A stretch of DNA of 61,531 bases, the filler included, from Sphacelaria rigidula (taxonomy: Eukaryota), in NCBI GenBank assembly GCA_964200075.2. It is 7 parts of 7 records of this genome, joined end to end, with 100 filler letters (N's around TTAATTAATTAA, not from the genome) between each part and the next. Parts side by side here need not be neighbours in the genome. Positions count along the whole stretch, not along the records: positions 17,611 to 26,315 come from CAXNAA020010324.1; positions 26,416 to 35,119 come from CAXNAA020010325.1; positions 35,220 to 43,923 come from CAXNAA020010326.1; 4 more parts are not named here. One strand, written 5' to 3'. Within the stretch, counting starts at the first letter, position 1; every line of letters begins with the position of its first letter. Below are positions 25,586 through 37,529 of this stretch, one piece after another. The notes beneath the pieces are model-generated. The model made no database searches. It had not been told where the DNA came from and saw nothing but the letters and a program-made list of their open reading frames with translations. The position numbers were made by a program, and so were the translations under genes.

Positions 25586-25742
25586 CGTGTTTGTCTGCAT
25601 ACTGGACTACGAAGATCCTGTTCGATCCAAAGCGCTGAGGAGTTGTGTGCTGTTCCTTGCTCACCGATTTCCGACTGTCCGCAAGACTACTGCCGAAGCC
25701 TTGTACCTCAAGCTTCTCGCCAATGAAGCCGTCATCGACGAG
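25586..25742 (+). CDS. TBCD: Tubulin-specific chaperone D, internal exon
   Basis: Long pyrimidine tract, TTTGCAG|C...GAG|GTAAAA; FLAHRFPTVRKTTAEALY matches the TBCD motif LxHxFPxxRKxTA. Confidence 0.92.
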
Positions 25743-25974
25743 GTAAAAACTTCACTTGAACGTTCACGATGAGTCATGTTTTGTAGCCGATATGGACAAC
25801 ATCTTGACGTCAAGTTAGCCCATAGTCCCACGCCCCCCTCCCTTTTTTAAGCTTCGTAGTAAATTTGAACCCAAGATCAAGAATGAATCACACGTGCCAT
25901 TCCTGACTGGTTCGAGATTTTTTACTATTCACGTTATACTTACTGCCCCCTTTCCCATGATGAGAAGGTCGTAA

Positions 25975-26315
25975 TCCGTGACTCTCTGGAAGTGGCGATA
26001 CCAGAAAATGAAGCAATTCATTGGAGGCTGTCAGTCATATGCAAGATAAGCACGCCTCGGGTCGAACACTCGTGGCAGGATGCAGCTCACCCTCCATGCG
26101 ACTCACCGAATATATCACTCAATCGTTGCTTGCCTTGGTCGTTTGACCATTGAGCACGCATCCCTGTGGAGACGGACGGGGGGGGGGCGTACTCATTTGT
26201 TGGTTGCCGTAGTCATTTGATAATTGAGCACGCATCCCTTTCGAGACGGAGCAGGGTGTACTCATGATCATGCTTGCCATAGTCATCAGACCATTGACCT
26301 CGCATCCCTACAAAG
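25975..26315. mobile_element. Cluster of family A and B non-LTR fragments
   Basis: Family B body (+) at 25975-26115, two family A tails (-) at 26123-26252, family B tail (-) at 26256-26315. Confidence 0.7.
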
Positions 26316-26415
26316 NNNNNNNNNNNNNNNNNNNNNNNNNNNNNNNNNNNNNNNNNNNNTTAATTAATTAANNNNNNNNNNNNNNNNNNNNNNNNNNNNN
26401 NNNNNNNNNNNNNNN
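26316..26415. other. Artificial scaffold linker
   Basis: 44N-TTAATTAATTAA-44N. Confidence 0.99.
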
Positions 26416-26439
26416 CTCGTCCCACAGCGTTGCCAGATT

Positions 26440-26865
26440 CAGTCGCCTTGTGAACATGACCACATATATAGTGTACATTTACCCCCGAAATCCCCCGAGC
26501 ACTACGTGTTAGTGTTATCAACTAGGGTTTACAATAGGACGGTGACCCAACAAAAATTCGGGGGATGGGATGTCGGGCCTACATAAAATGCAAGTAAATG
26601 ATGATAAAGATCGGGAATCCGAGCCCCGACAACGTGGGCTTTCTTTTGCTTCGAAGGCTTTTTTGTGGGCCAGGGACAGGGTACACCATCTGTGCAGTGG
26701 CATCACTCCCGGCAACGCCCCTCCCCCCCACTGGTTGTTCTGATGTGGTCGATAAATTTCGCCTCGCCCTGATTGGACAAGTCGCCCCCAGATTTTTTAT
26801 TATTATTATTTTAACAATACGTCGTGAACATTGTGTAAGTGAGCTTCAGTCCCAAAAGGGTCAAT
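26440..26865. repeat. Unclassified dispersed repeat
   Basis: Alignable with 40470-40880 (TGGGCCAGGGA.AGGG, ATAAATTTCGCCTCGCC..GATTGG, AAAAGGGTCA). Confidence 0.6.
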
Positions 26866-27735
26866 AACTATTCTTGTGTTCCCCTCTATTCATACCAAAA
26901 AATGAAAATCCCAACCCCACTTCAAACACTAGAATCATTTTTGAATCATTTTTGAATCATTTGCAATTGTACTTTGAATTTCAAGTATCGCTAAATTACT
27001 GCGAAATATACCGTGAATCTCGAGTTGGTAAAAGCTTCACGTAAGTTCATCGAACTTTTCACACATCGGACAGATCGTGAGCTACCTGAATATCACTTGT
27101 TATTCATGCACTGATCCGGATCATGAAGTAGCTCATTTGGCCCCGCCTTGTTTTTCCTCATATTTGCTCGCTACAGTGCGAGACGCCGAGCGCGCGGAGT
27201 AGCACAAAGGTAGCGCCTTGACTTCTCGGACCCCCCTGTCACTTATTTTGTGTCACTGGAGAAGTGAGCCGACAGTGCTCTTTGATTAGTTATCTTGAGT
27301 ACCTCATGAGCTGCCCGACATGTAGAGGTATTGACACGTTCCACATCATTCACGAACGAAAACGCTTCATTTCTTTCTAATATCGGTTGTATGCAATTGT
27401 TCTGCCCCCCCGCTTTGTAGTGGCGAATGAAATTGGGGCACTTGACGCTACAGGTCACAGTTCGTTACACGTCACAACTTAACGATGCACGTCCCAACTC
27501 AACGATACGCGCGAAGCCCTGTTTCAAGTCAAGTCAACTGAAATCAAGCCTCGAGCCAGGCTAGTTAGTACCTACGATGGGCGACAACGTGATCCCCTAC
27601 CTTAGTACCAGCCTGACTTGTAATTTTAACAAACTTTGGGACGTGTAACATCAAGTTCCCAGTGTAATATATCTTCCCTCACTCTCTCCCCATGCCTCCC
27701 TCTTGACCCATTGATGTCATGCACTCGACAAAAAG

Positions 27736-27901
27736 ATATCGAGGGGAGTTCAGGAGAGGGAGGCGACATGGCCCCGGCTGCATGGTTAGTCCTAGCGGCG
27801 CTCAATTCGAGGGCTGGTTTCGAGATGGTGCGCCAAATGGCGACGGCGTCTTGACCTGGCCGGATGGCGGAAAGTTTGTCGGGAAATATGTCGCGGGAAA
27901 G
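27736..27901 (+). CDS. MORN-repeat protein exon
   Basis: AAG|A...AAG|GTGAGA; YRGEFRRGRRHGPG..FEGWFRDGAPNGDGVLTWPDGGKFVGKYVAGK fits the MORN consensus YxGxFxxGxxxGxG. Confidence 0.9.
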
Positions 27902-29194
27902 GTGAGAAATAGGTTTCGCTTGGGGTATGGTCTGACCACTGTATTTTTTTGTCACACTTTGAACCTCTCCCCTTTGTTTGGGGTACATCAGATGGTAGTG
28001 AGAAAAAGGTTGCTATGCTGAGAGATAAGATGGCGGCCACAAACGGGCGAGACAGGAAGGGGGATAAGCTATGTAACAGGTTTTCGTGTGATGTGTAGAA
28101 GAAACGTCATGAGCGCCCAAATGTTGGCGGCATTTTGTTCTGTGGATACCCACCACAGGATTATACAGATTGAAAATGGACATACGGAATCTTCACGAGC
28201 ATCGAAATGTAATCGACATTAAAAAGCAAATGCACTCTCCGGCGGTTGGTTATATGTGATTTCGCTCGTCCTCGAAAGAATCCATGCGCAATTGAAGAAT
28301 AAATCCCGTTTTTTAACTGACCTTTTTTTGGACCTCCGTTCATCCCCGCAGCAGAAATTGGTGTTGATTTTCCAAAAATTCCCTGTTGACGCGGAATTTT
28401 ACAGAAAATGCGGATGGACTTCCCTGGGGGTAAGCGAGGCCGCACATCACGGCCGGATAGTGCATTCCATTTCGTTCTCGGAGACTATTTCGATGCTTTT
28501 TGTTAGATGGCTCCCAAAGTTCATCTCAGAACAAAGTCCATTATCAACTTGTACGATCCCCTGTCACGTGACGTACCCTACCGTAGGATGCCCTGTCCCG
28601 TCGGCAGTCGCAATCACGGGGTACTCGCGGTATCCGAGGTATTAGCGCGACTGAGTGTCTCGGGAACCGCAGTACTCGATTCACATTTTGCAGTGGGTGG
28701 CTCAGGTACCGTATTCTTTAGTACCCTGTATGTTCGGTTGGCAATGTTACTGGCTACCCTGAGTATCCGGTAGTGCCACAGCCCCGCAAACTCAGGAGAC
28801 TCACAGTCACAGTGGACACGATACGCTGCCATGACCACCTTCGAGCCTCGAACCAAGATGACCAAAGTGACTTTTTGTATTGCGCCTGCCTTTCGTAACG
28901 AGTTTTCTTCACGTGCATACTTCCGCGAGTTTCTGAATCATTGTTTTACTTTGCGTAGATTTTTTGGCTAATATGTTCGCTCTCAGAAAATAATGAGGGC
29001 TGCTGACGAAAGAGGGGGCTCATGTAAACCCGTACCTGAAGCGTGTCGCCGAAGGTTACAACCTCTCCCCCCGACATGATGGAGGAATGCGTGTTCAATG
29101 GTCAACTAGTGGAGCTCGGAAATGGTACCAGTATAACTGGCCATTATCATTATAATGGTAAAGATGGTAACGGTCACAGGATTTTTTTCGAGGG

Positions 29195-29426
29195 TCTACA
29201 CGTTACACTCGTCACGTTCACGTTTCACATTAAAAGTCGTCAAACGTTAAGCCAGGCTAGTACTACGGTGGGGGATGGGGACCACGTGGGCAGCCCTGAT
29301 TTGACTTGATTTTTGAACAGGGTTCCCCACGTGGTCCCCGTCCCCCACCGTAGTTAGTACCTGCCTGGCTTAATTTTTGACGTGAAACGTGACAAGACGT
29401 GATACGTAACGAGTGTAACGTGTAGA
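29195..29426. mobile_element. ~230-bp palindromic MITE
   Basis: TCTACACGTTACACTCGT...ACGAGTGTAACGTGTAGA with inner inverted arms; related copy at ~27460-27650. Confidence 0.8.
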
Positions 29427-30221
29427 TGCTTGATTTTTTTTTATAATAGTTCCAAACCATTATTTACCGTTACGGGCTACGAATGGTATAAGCTGGGCTA
29501 GCCAACAGTGAACGGTTTTATCGCTCAGGCGACGCACGGCGCGACATTGGGAGTTGGATGCTGAAATTTTGACAGCAGCTTTCTATTATCGACATGCAGA
29601 ACATCACGTGAGCAGCAAAGAAGAAAAAATAGAAAATGAGAGGAAGTTATGGAGATTTGAAATATCAGCAAAAACGAGATAATGTCATGAGTCCAGCGAA
29701 AAAATGAGGATCGTAGCTACTCACGGGACGTATCATTTCCTCGGGTGCAGAAGGTTTTCGTGAAATTTTAGCTCAAGAGTTGTCGAATTGGGCCGTGCGT
29801 GCAACGTTTTCGTGACGCTGCTGCATCCCACTAATACCCAGTGCGGGGTGGTTGCTGATGTGAACCCACCGCATTAGAAAAACAGCACTCCGACACGCTA
29901 TCGTCCAACGATACGAGGCGCACTCCGTACTGTATGCAGTACAAAAACGTCATCGGCAATACGACGCCAATCGAACAGCGACGCAATCCTCTGTCATCAG
30001 GTGTGTCTGTAGTTCACAGTGACATGCTTACATCGGGTTCATTCGGGAAACTGGGAAAGCTGTGGTGTGAGCAACTTTTGGCCGTTTTTAAGCTGGCCCC
30101 GCTCGTACATCGAGCCCTTGAAAATTGGCCCAATTTGAACGTATTTTTAAGCTCTCGCAAAGCCAAATCGTGTAAAAACGGGCCTCCGGCACGGCGCCTC
30201 CGGCGGAGTCCGCTTTGCCGG

Positions 30222-30420
30222 GGGTGTACTCATGATCATGCATGCCATGGTCATACTACGCCGGACCAGGCTCACACTCAACCACCAAGCGCGAAGCTAA
30301 GATTGTTGGGCCAACTGATTATCTCGCATTTGGATGACAGCCTCCAATGAATTGCTTTATTATCTGGTATCGCCACTTCCAGAGACAGCAAAGGCTTATA
30401 CACTGCCTCATGAGTGTCTC
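30222..30420 (-). mobile_element. Non-LTR family B fragment
   Basis: Reverse complement of 1174-1463 with deletions; G-runs on both sides. Confidence 0.7.
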
Positions 30421-30707
30421 GCCAGAGGGGGGGGAGCTTTTTGGCTCGTGGCTTCGCCGCTCGATGGCCAAACCATTATGTACCCCTTAACTGGTTGATG
30501 AGTGCGCTACGCGTAACCATTCAACTGGTTAGACAAATCATTTCCAAGCTCTATCAAATAACCAAAGCAAGCGTCCATTGAGTACGCCCCTCCGTCCCTG
30601 AGGTCGATGGTCTTATGACTGAAGCATTGGTTGATTGTTGATTATCTCACATTAGCTGATGGCAACAGTCCAGCCCGTGATCAGGAGCAGCAAAAAAAAA
30701 ACGTAAA

Positions 30708-31485
30708 ACGAGCTGGGCCAGCAGCGAGAAGCGAATTTGTAGTTTGCAGGTCCATTCACCGGCCAATGTTTGATATTCAGAGTTGGACCCTGAAATTTGG
30801 TACGTACAATGAATATGGCATCGTGAAAACAAATGCCAGTGCACACAGGTGCTTTTTATTTTTATCATGAGGTAAAGGCATGTTACTGATACCTGAGAAC
30901 TGATTATTGCCCCTAACTCATGGAAAAAAAATCTTGTGTGCACTGGTAGTTGTTTTTATTATGACCGATTCATTGTCCGTACCAAATTTAAGGGTCCAAC
31001 TCTAAATGTTGGCTGGTGCATGGAACGTTTAGTGACGAAGTCAGAAGAAATTCGGAACAGTATTTTGCAGGCCACTCACCGGCGCACGTTTGGTGTCTGT
31101 GTATTGAAACTTTGTGTGGGCCGTGGCTAGGTCATAATTGACGGAACAAAGTGGGTCAGTTTTTTTTTTTTTCGCTGGTTTGAGGCGTTTTAGTGCGGAA
31201 ACGACCATTTTTTACAAAAACGCCCGAACCTCTCCCGCTGAATGTATCGATCGGGAGTTTCATATAGATTTTAGCGTGGACGCTATCTCCGTTAGGTATA
31301 GAAATTACTAGACATGAGGTTTAATCAATTAGAAAATATTGCCCCAGACTTTAAAGCAGATGGGTACCTTCCTCATGGTTAGACGATCCATACAAAATGC
31401 AGATGAGGATCATGACGCAACTCGTCCATGTCGATGAGATATTGCTGTGAGAGCTTGAATCTGTTCGTAGGCTGGCCCAGCTCGT
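30708..31485. mobile_element. 778-bp non-autonomous TIR element
   Basis: Perfect 15-bp TIR ACGAGCTGGGCCAGC at 30708-30722 and 31471-31485. The TA flanks are not intact in this copy. Confidence 0.75.
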
Positions 31486-32080
31486 GATGAAAGCAAAAAA
31501 AAAAAGAGGAAAGAAACAGAGGAGGAGAGAAGTAACAGCCTCAAAAAGGAAGAAGAAAGAGAGCAGCGACAACAATAATAGCAGCAGCACCACCACTAAC
31601 TAACAAGAAGAGCAAGAACAAACAACGATAGTAGTGACAACAAAAACAACAAACAAACCCACACACAAACACGAACACAAAAGAACACAACGCGATAGTT
31701 ATCTCGCATTACGTAGCTGACGGCAACACTCCAGCTCGTATCAGAGAAAAAAGGAGGGAACTAAATGAAGGAAAAGAAAAAAGAGAATGGAACGTAGAGA
31801 AAGGTATACAAGAGACAAGAAGACAGAGCCAAGCTCGGCATGCAAGATCATGAGTATACCCCCGGCATGAAGGATATCACCAAAATATGTGTCGACCGAA
31901 AACGATAGTCTGGCATAAAGACTAGAAGTCCACTCTTCATTCCCTCATTACAGGTGACCCCCCGACGGGCTATATGCTGTGCATCGCCCCCTCCCCCGCT
32001 CCGTCTCGAAAAGGGTGCATGGTCGATGATTGAATGGCCGAGGCAAGCAACAAGCGAGTAACCCCCCCCTTCCGGTCTGC

Positions 32081-32389
32081 ATGGTGAAACACCCATGAGG
32101 CAGTGTATAAGCTGTTGCTGTCTCTGGAAGTGGCGATATCAAATAATAAAGCAACTAATCGGAGGCTTGTAATCCAGATGCAAGATAATCAGTGGGCTTC
32201 GAGCCGAATAATCTTAGCAGGGTGCAGCTCACCCTTCATGCAACTCGCCGAACACACCACAGCGCTTCGCGCTTGGTGGTTTAAGTGCGAGCCTGGTCCG
32301 GCGGAAACCCGGCGTTCTCCGTCCCAGCTATGTAGGGATGCGAGGTCAATGGTCCTATGACTACGGCAGGAATGATCATGACATCACCC
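32081..32389 (+). mobile_element. Non-LTR family B insertion with 10-bp TSD
   Basis: TCCGGTCTGC at 32071-32080 and 32390-32399; inserted in the C-run that follows a family A tail. Confidence 0.85.
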
Positions 32390-32531
32390 TCCGGTCTGCC
32401 CCTATGTTCGCGAGCTATTACTCATGTGACGTGGCTGGTGTTATCATATGAGGGTGCTCGCTGTACCCACAGAGAGGGTACATTCCTTGTATTTACATTT
32501 GCGTGTCTTTGACTCTTGGCTTCTCGATCAG

Positions 32532-32573
32532 GAGCACGGGCGAGGGCAGATTATCGATCCTTTTGGCTGTAAG
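32532..32573 (+). CDS. MORN-repeat protein 42-bp exon (EHGRGQIIDPFGCK)
   Basis: Pyrimidine tract, CAG|GAG...AAG|GTATGC; completes the MORN repeat begun in the previous exon (YVAGK-EHGRG) in phase 0. Confidence 0.75.
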
Positions 32574-33256
32574 GTATGCGATGTGGAGTGTGCGGCCGGC
32601 GTGCTTGTGGGGGGTCGGACGGTTTGCCCAGGATCGCACGGAGGGGGAAAGGGTCCGAAGTGCCGAGGTGAGGGGGATACCGGCGCTGCGTTCTAAATTT
32701 CCACGTAGGGTAGTATCCGCGGCGCTCCGGCGGGTTGCTTGATACAGCTGAAACATGCTGGAGCGGAAGAAACAGGCTTCGGTGTCCGGCAGGTGCGTGT
32801 GGTTTACTTCCCCCTGGAGAAGTATTTCCCTTTTCAGGGTTCGCGTCGGTTGGCAACGACGCTGTAAAACACGCCAGTCACTGCATAAGTGAGGCAACCA
32901 AGTTGCTTCTTCTTCTTTGTTTTTTCGCTTGCGTTTCCTTCTCTGCGGTAACCATGATTGTCGTCAAGCTAGGTCATGTAGAGTGTAGGAGGTGGAGAAG
33001 CCGAACTCCGCGCAAAGGGGGACAGTCATAACTACGTAGTGTTTATATGTTGAGACACCCATGAGGCAGTCGGTTACCAAGTGAGATTGTCCCCCTGCCT
33101 GTTCAGGCTGCCGAAAAACCGTTTTCTTGGATCGTATACGGTAAATATCACTCTCTCGATAAACGGGATTTTACTCCGTAAGACGAAGTTGGGAAATGCC
33201 TCCTTAGCACGGCCTGCTTCTTTTTCCAACACTTACCGGCTGCCGAACGTTCGAGT

Positions 33257-34190
33257 GAGACCGTTGCTTGTATTAGACAAGAAACGAAAATCTGCACAAG
33301 TGCGTTTTCGGAGCGTCCACGTCGTTTTTTGCAAGAGAGGTAGGCGGAGTTTGGCATCTTGGAATGACTTGCCCCACTACTCCAGACGGTTTCAGGACAT
33401 CTTCCCGTTTTCCGGTAGCGACAGTTTTTATTTTGGTCAAACACGGATGTGTGTCCAAGGCCGGCCAAGTCCAGAGAAAAATGTCGTTTTTTTCTTGATC
33501 CGACCGTTCCTTGCTGCTCTTCGACGAAGAATATAGTTTGGTCGAAATATAAACTATGGCCACCGGAGATTTCCCTGGAACCGCTTCAACAAGTGGAGCA
33601 AATCATTCCAACGTGTCGAACCCCGACTAGCTCTCTTTTCGGGCGTAAAACGACGTCGAAGCTCCAAAAAGGCACTTTCCAATATTTTTCTGTTTTTGTT
33701 TGTTATAAGCAGCGGCCTGAGGCCGCTCTCAACAGACGAGAATATAAATCTTGAAAAGTGCCTTATCGGTACTTCCACGTCTTTTTATGCCCGAAAATAG
33801 AGCTAGGCGGGGTTCGACACCTTGAAATGACTTACTCTACTAGTTGAGGTGGCTCCAGGACATCTTCCCGTTTTCCGGTGGCCGCAGTTGTTATTTTGAC
33901 CACACAAAAATTTTGTCCAAAAACGGCGAAGTCCAGAAAAAAATGGCGTTTCCGACTAGATTTGACCGTTATTGACCGTTCTTGGAAAATGATTCTTGTT
34001 TGGCCGAAATAAAAACTGCGGTCACCGGGGAACGGGAAGGTGTCATGGAATCACCTCACCTAGTTGAGCAAGTCATTCCAAGGCGTCAAGCTCCGCCTAG
34101 CTCTCTTTTAGGGCGTAAATCAACGTGAAAGCACCGAAAAGGCACTCTTGAAGATTTTATTTTTCTTGTCTGTTGAAAGGAGCGGCCTGG
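33257..34190. repeat. Alternating inverted array: four ~230-bp arms (two ~465-bp palindromic units)
   Basis: Central symmetry AGCGGCC-TGA-GGCCGCT at 33711-33727; GGACATCTTCCCGTTTTCCGGT repeated; related sequence at 57480-57770. Confidence 0.85.
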
Positions 34191-35119
34191 AGGCGACGAA
34201 GTCTCTCTTGTTGAAAAAAAATGATTTAGGGAGTCCCATACTTGAACGTTGACTACTGCATATAATCCCGGGTTGAAAACACGAAACGAGAATCACCACA
34301 TCCCGCACGAATCTTGCTCGCCCGCGCTTGGTCTTTCCTGGCATCATGGTGCATGTACAAGCACGGCGGTGGTGCATTCGAAATGAGTGACTCTGGGGAG
34401 CTAGCTCTGTGTGGCCTCCGCTGCAGTCTCCGGTGTTTTTCATATTGTGCTGTCTTGACTGTTTTATAAATCTCATTTTGATCTACGATGGGATGCCGCC
34501 ATTGTATCTGCGCGTGCACCGTAGATACACTGGCATCATCCCGTGGATCAAATGAGCTTATCAAAGAAATAAGATCAAAGAATAGCAGTATATGAGAGGA
34601 AGCCAGGAGAAGGAGCCATGCGGAGCTGCCCTCACCCTTCTTTATTTATTGAGACCAGCAGTGTAAGGTGTACTCACGCATGTCGACGTGTCCCGGTGGG
34701 CTGATGGTTCATTGTACTAGGCTTTTACTTATTTTGCTAGGATAATTTCTGGCATAATTCCACGTTGGTAGCATGAACACCATAGCGTTTCAGCAAGTAG
34801 CAGTAATCTAGCGTAATATTCCACATTGGCGGTTGGCACACTCGTCTAAATGCTGGCCTGCTGGAATGTTTTGGGCGAAAACTCTATTATCATCGACCGC
34901 AGATCTAAAATACGTGTATGCTCTAGAACCTGGGACTGATCTTTCACTGATACTGAGGCCGCTTCTGATAGACTGAAAAAAGTCACAGAAAGAAGTTCGG
35001 GCGGACGACTTTTCTCAGTGACTTCCTTCAAAGAAGTCGGTTTTCAAAGTAGCACCTTATACGAGCTGGGCCAGCCTAAAAACGGATTTAAGCTCTACAA
35101 GCGATATCTCATCGACACA

Positions 35120-35219
35120 NNNNNNNNNNNNNNNNNNNNNNNNNNNNNNNNNNNNNNNNNNNNTTAATTAATTAANNNNNNNNNNNNNNNNNNNNNNNNN
35201 NNNNNNNNNNNNNNNNNNN
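35120..35219. other. Artificial scaffold linker
   Basis: 44N-TTAATTAATTAA-44N. Confidence 0.99.
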
Positions 35220-35782
35220 TGCACTTTTGGTAGCACAGGTGACGCATGTTATGTGAACCACTCATGCATCGTATAACACGAGTAACACATGTTATAGCTA
35301 GGGTCTGACTTGAGAGCAACTTAACACAAATTCCTAGGCACTACGTTATCCGAGGTGTGGAAAGTTTGGCACGGATCTGACTGATGCTCAGCGTGGCAGC
35401 TTAGTCCGTCAATCGACGGCGGTGAGGAAAGTGCTGTAGGTGCCACGCGACCGTGGAATGCCTTAGCTTCTACACGAGAAGGATGCGCTGAGGGCGTGCG
35501 AGGCCACCAACGAGTCACGGGCGCTCCGACACCACGGCCAGTACGATTCTCCCGTGGGTGCGCGAGTTTCGAACGCTCAATGGCCATTTCACACGTGACG
35601 GGAGGCAATTGTACAGACGGAGATGGCCCCTTGCTAGTGAGGATGTTTAGCACACAATCTTGAAACTGCTGAAGGCTGAGAAGCGCTTGTCAGTGAAGAA
35701 AACACAGATGTTGCTCAACACCTTGCTAGCCCAGGATGGGTTTGTGAACCTAGAGGCAGACAGCGGAGGCCCCGTTCATACT

Positions 35783-36452
35783 CTAAAAACCGGGCCCGCC
35801 GACGGGGTTCTGCGCCTGCGACTCATTGGTGGCCTCGCACGCCCTCAGCGCCTCCTTGTAGTGTAGAAGCTGAAGCATATCACGGTCACGTAGCACCTCC
35901 AGCACTTTCCTCACTGCCGTCGACTGACGGACTAACCTTCCCCGTTGAGAATCAGTTAAATCCGTGTTCACTGTTGGCATCACCGAAAGTTCCGCATCAG
36001 ATGCGGCACCCCCGCGCCAGGTGGGGCACTTCCACCAGCGGGTCCTCCTATAGGTGCCACACCCGCGTCGAGTGCTGCGCTCTCCCCGTCGAACATCAAC
36101 GTGGCGATCTCGCCCGGCATGCCGTTTCAATCTGGGGAAGGAGCGCATCGAGTTCCTCGACCCGCTTGGCTAGGTTGGCTGTACGCGACCTAGGGTAGCA
36201 CGTGCGGTGCCTGAAATTCTTGTGGAGCTTCGCTTCGCGCGTGCACCACTATCGCTGCAGCAATCGCTTCTTCCCATCCGTCATGTAAGTGGACGCCGTC
36301 CATTCCTCACGTGTCATCTGAAGGCCTTGCCGCCGCTGTTTCTTGTACAAACTCTTTTGTGCACATGATAGTACGCCGAGGATGTTGACAGATTTACCTG
36401 TGGGTTGCGAATTCCACGCGTGGTGGTATGGAACGGCCAACGAAGGATACAT
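35783..36452 (-). pseudogene. Frameshifted remnant of an unidentified protein, with an inverted paralogous fragment at 35370-35524
   Basis: TDLTDSQRGRLVRQSTAVRKVLEVLRDRDMLQLLHYKEALRACEATNES; differences from the paralog are enriched for synonymous changes. Confidence 0.5.
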
Positions 36453-37529
36453 CTACGTGATCACTCGAGGATTCCTCCGTGGGCACACTGAGAAGGGTAC
36501 AGATAAAGCACGAGATCCCGCTGCACAGTTCTGCACCGTACAGTTTCGAAACGCATGAACAAATATGGATCGGAGGGGGTGTTATACCCCGTCAGCTACG
36601 GTACACGTTGCTAAACTGACCTAGCGCATGCTCGAGGAAGCAACCAAGGCCCGTACGATACTAGACAAGTACCGCTTGTACTGCCCGGCCCTTTTCACAT
36701 TGAACACAGCGGTGCAGAAGTGACTGCATGGTGCTATACGGTAGGGCATGACCCCGGCCACGCATCGAATGCAGCTGTACTGATCGGTTCTAGCTTCGAC
36801 AGGGATGTAAATCGATACACGTACGGTATGGTACTGGGCTGTACCAGACCATATCGTGCAAGAACGTGCGGTGCCGTGGTGCACAGTATGGTACGCCAGA
36901 CGTACAGTATCGCTACAACCTGCATGTACAAGCTTGGATCGGGTGGTGTTATACCCCGTCAGCTACGGTACACGTTACTGAACTGACATGACGCATGCTT
37001 GAGCAAGCATCCAAGACTGGTACCGGACAGTGCAGCAAGGAATAGTATATTACAGTACAACACAGAGCAGTACAGTACAGTATGCCGTCTGCACGGTACT
37101 GCGTTGCACCGTGCATGGCCGCGGCACCAGGATTTGACAAAAACCCGCCAAGTGCACGCAGTTTGAAATTGACGGGCCAGGATACACACATTTTCGAAAC
37201 TCGCCTCGGGGAAGCCTGACGGATGATCCTGCTCCCTTTCTCTTGCATTGTGCATTTTGAAGGAAGTCTTCAGGCAGACGGAGCTCACAACGAAGGCCTT
37301 GTTCCCAGCTCAGTCGCAAGTGCCCTGCAGCTTCTTCTGCCTCCTTGCGAGATGCGACCCATTTTGACCTCTTGATTTGCCCCTTTGTGCCTTTGCGTGT
37401 AGAGTCTTTGTTGCAGATAATTAGAGGTATCTTAAAAAGCGCGCTTCATAAAGCACTCTGACGTCGTTTCCAGATGTTTCTCAAATTGGTTGTCGTGGAA
37501 GCTTTCAGAAAGAGCGTGTGCGAGATGGG

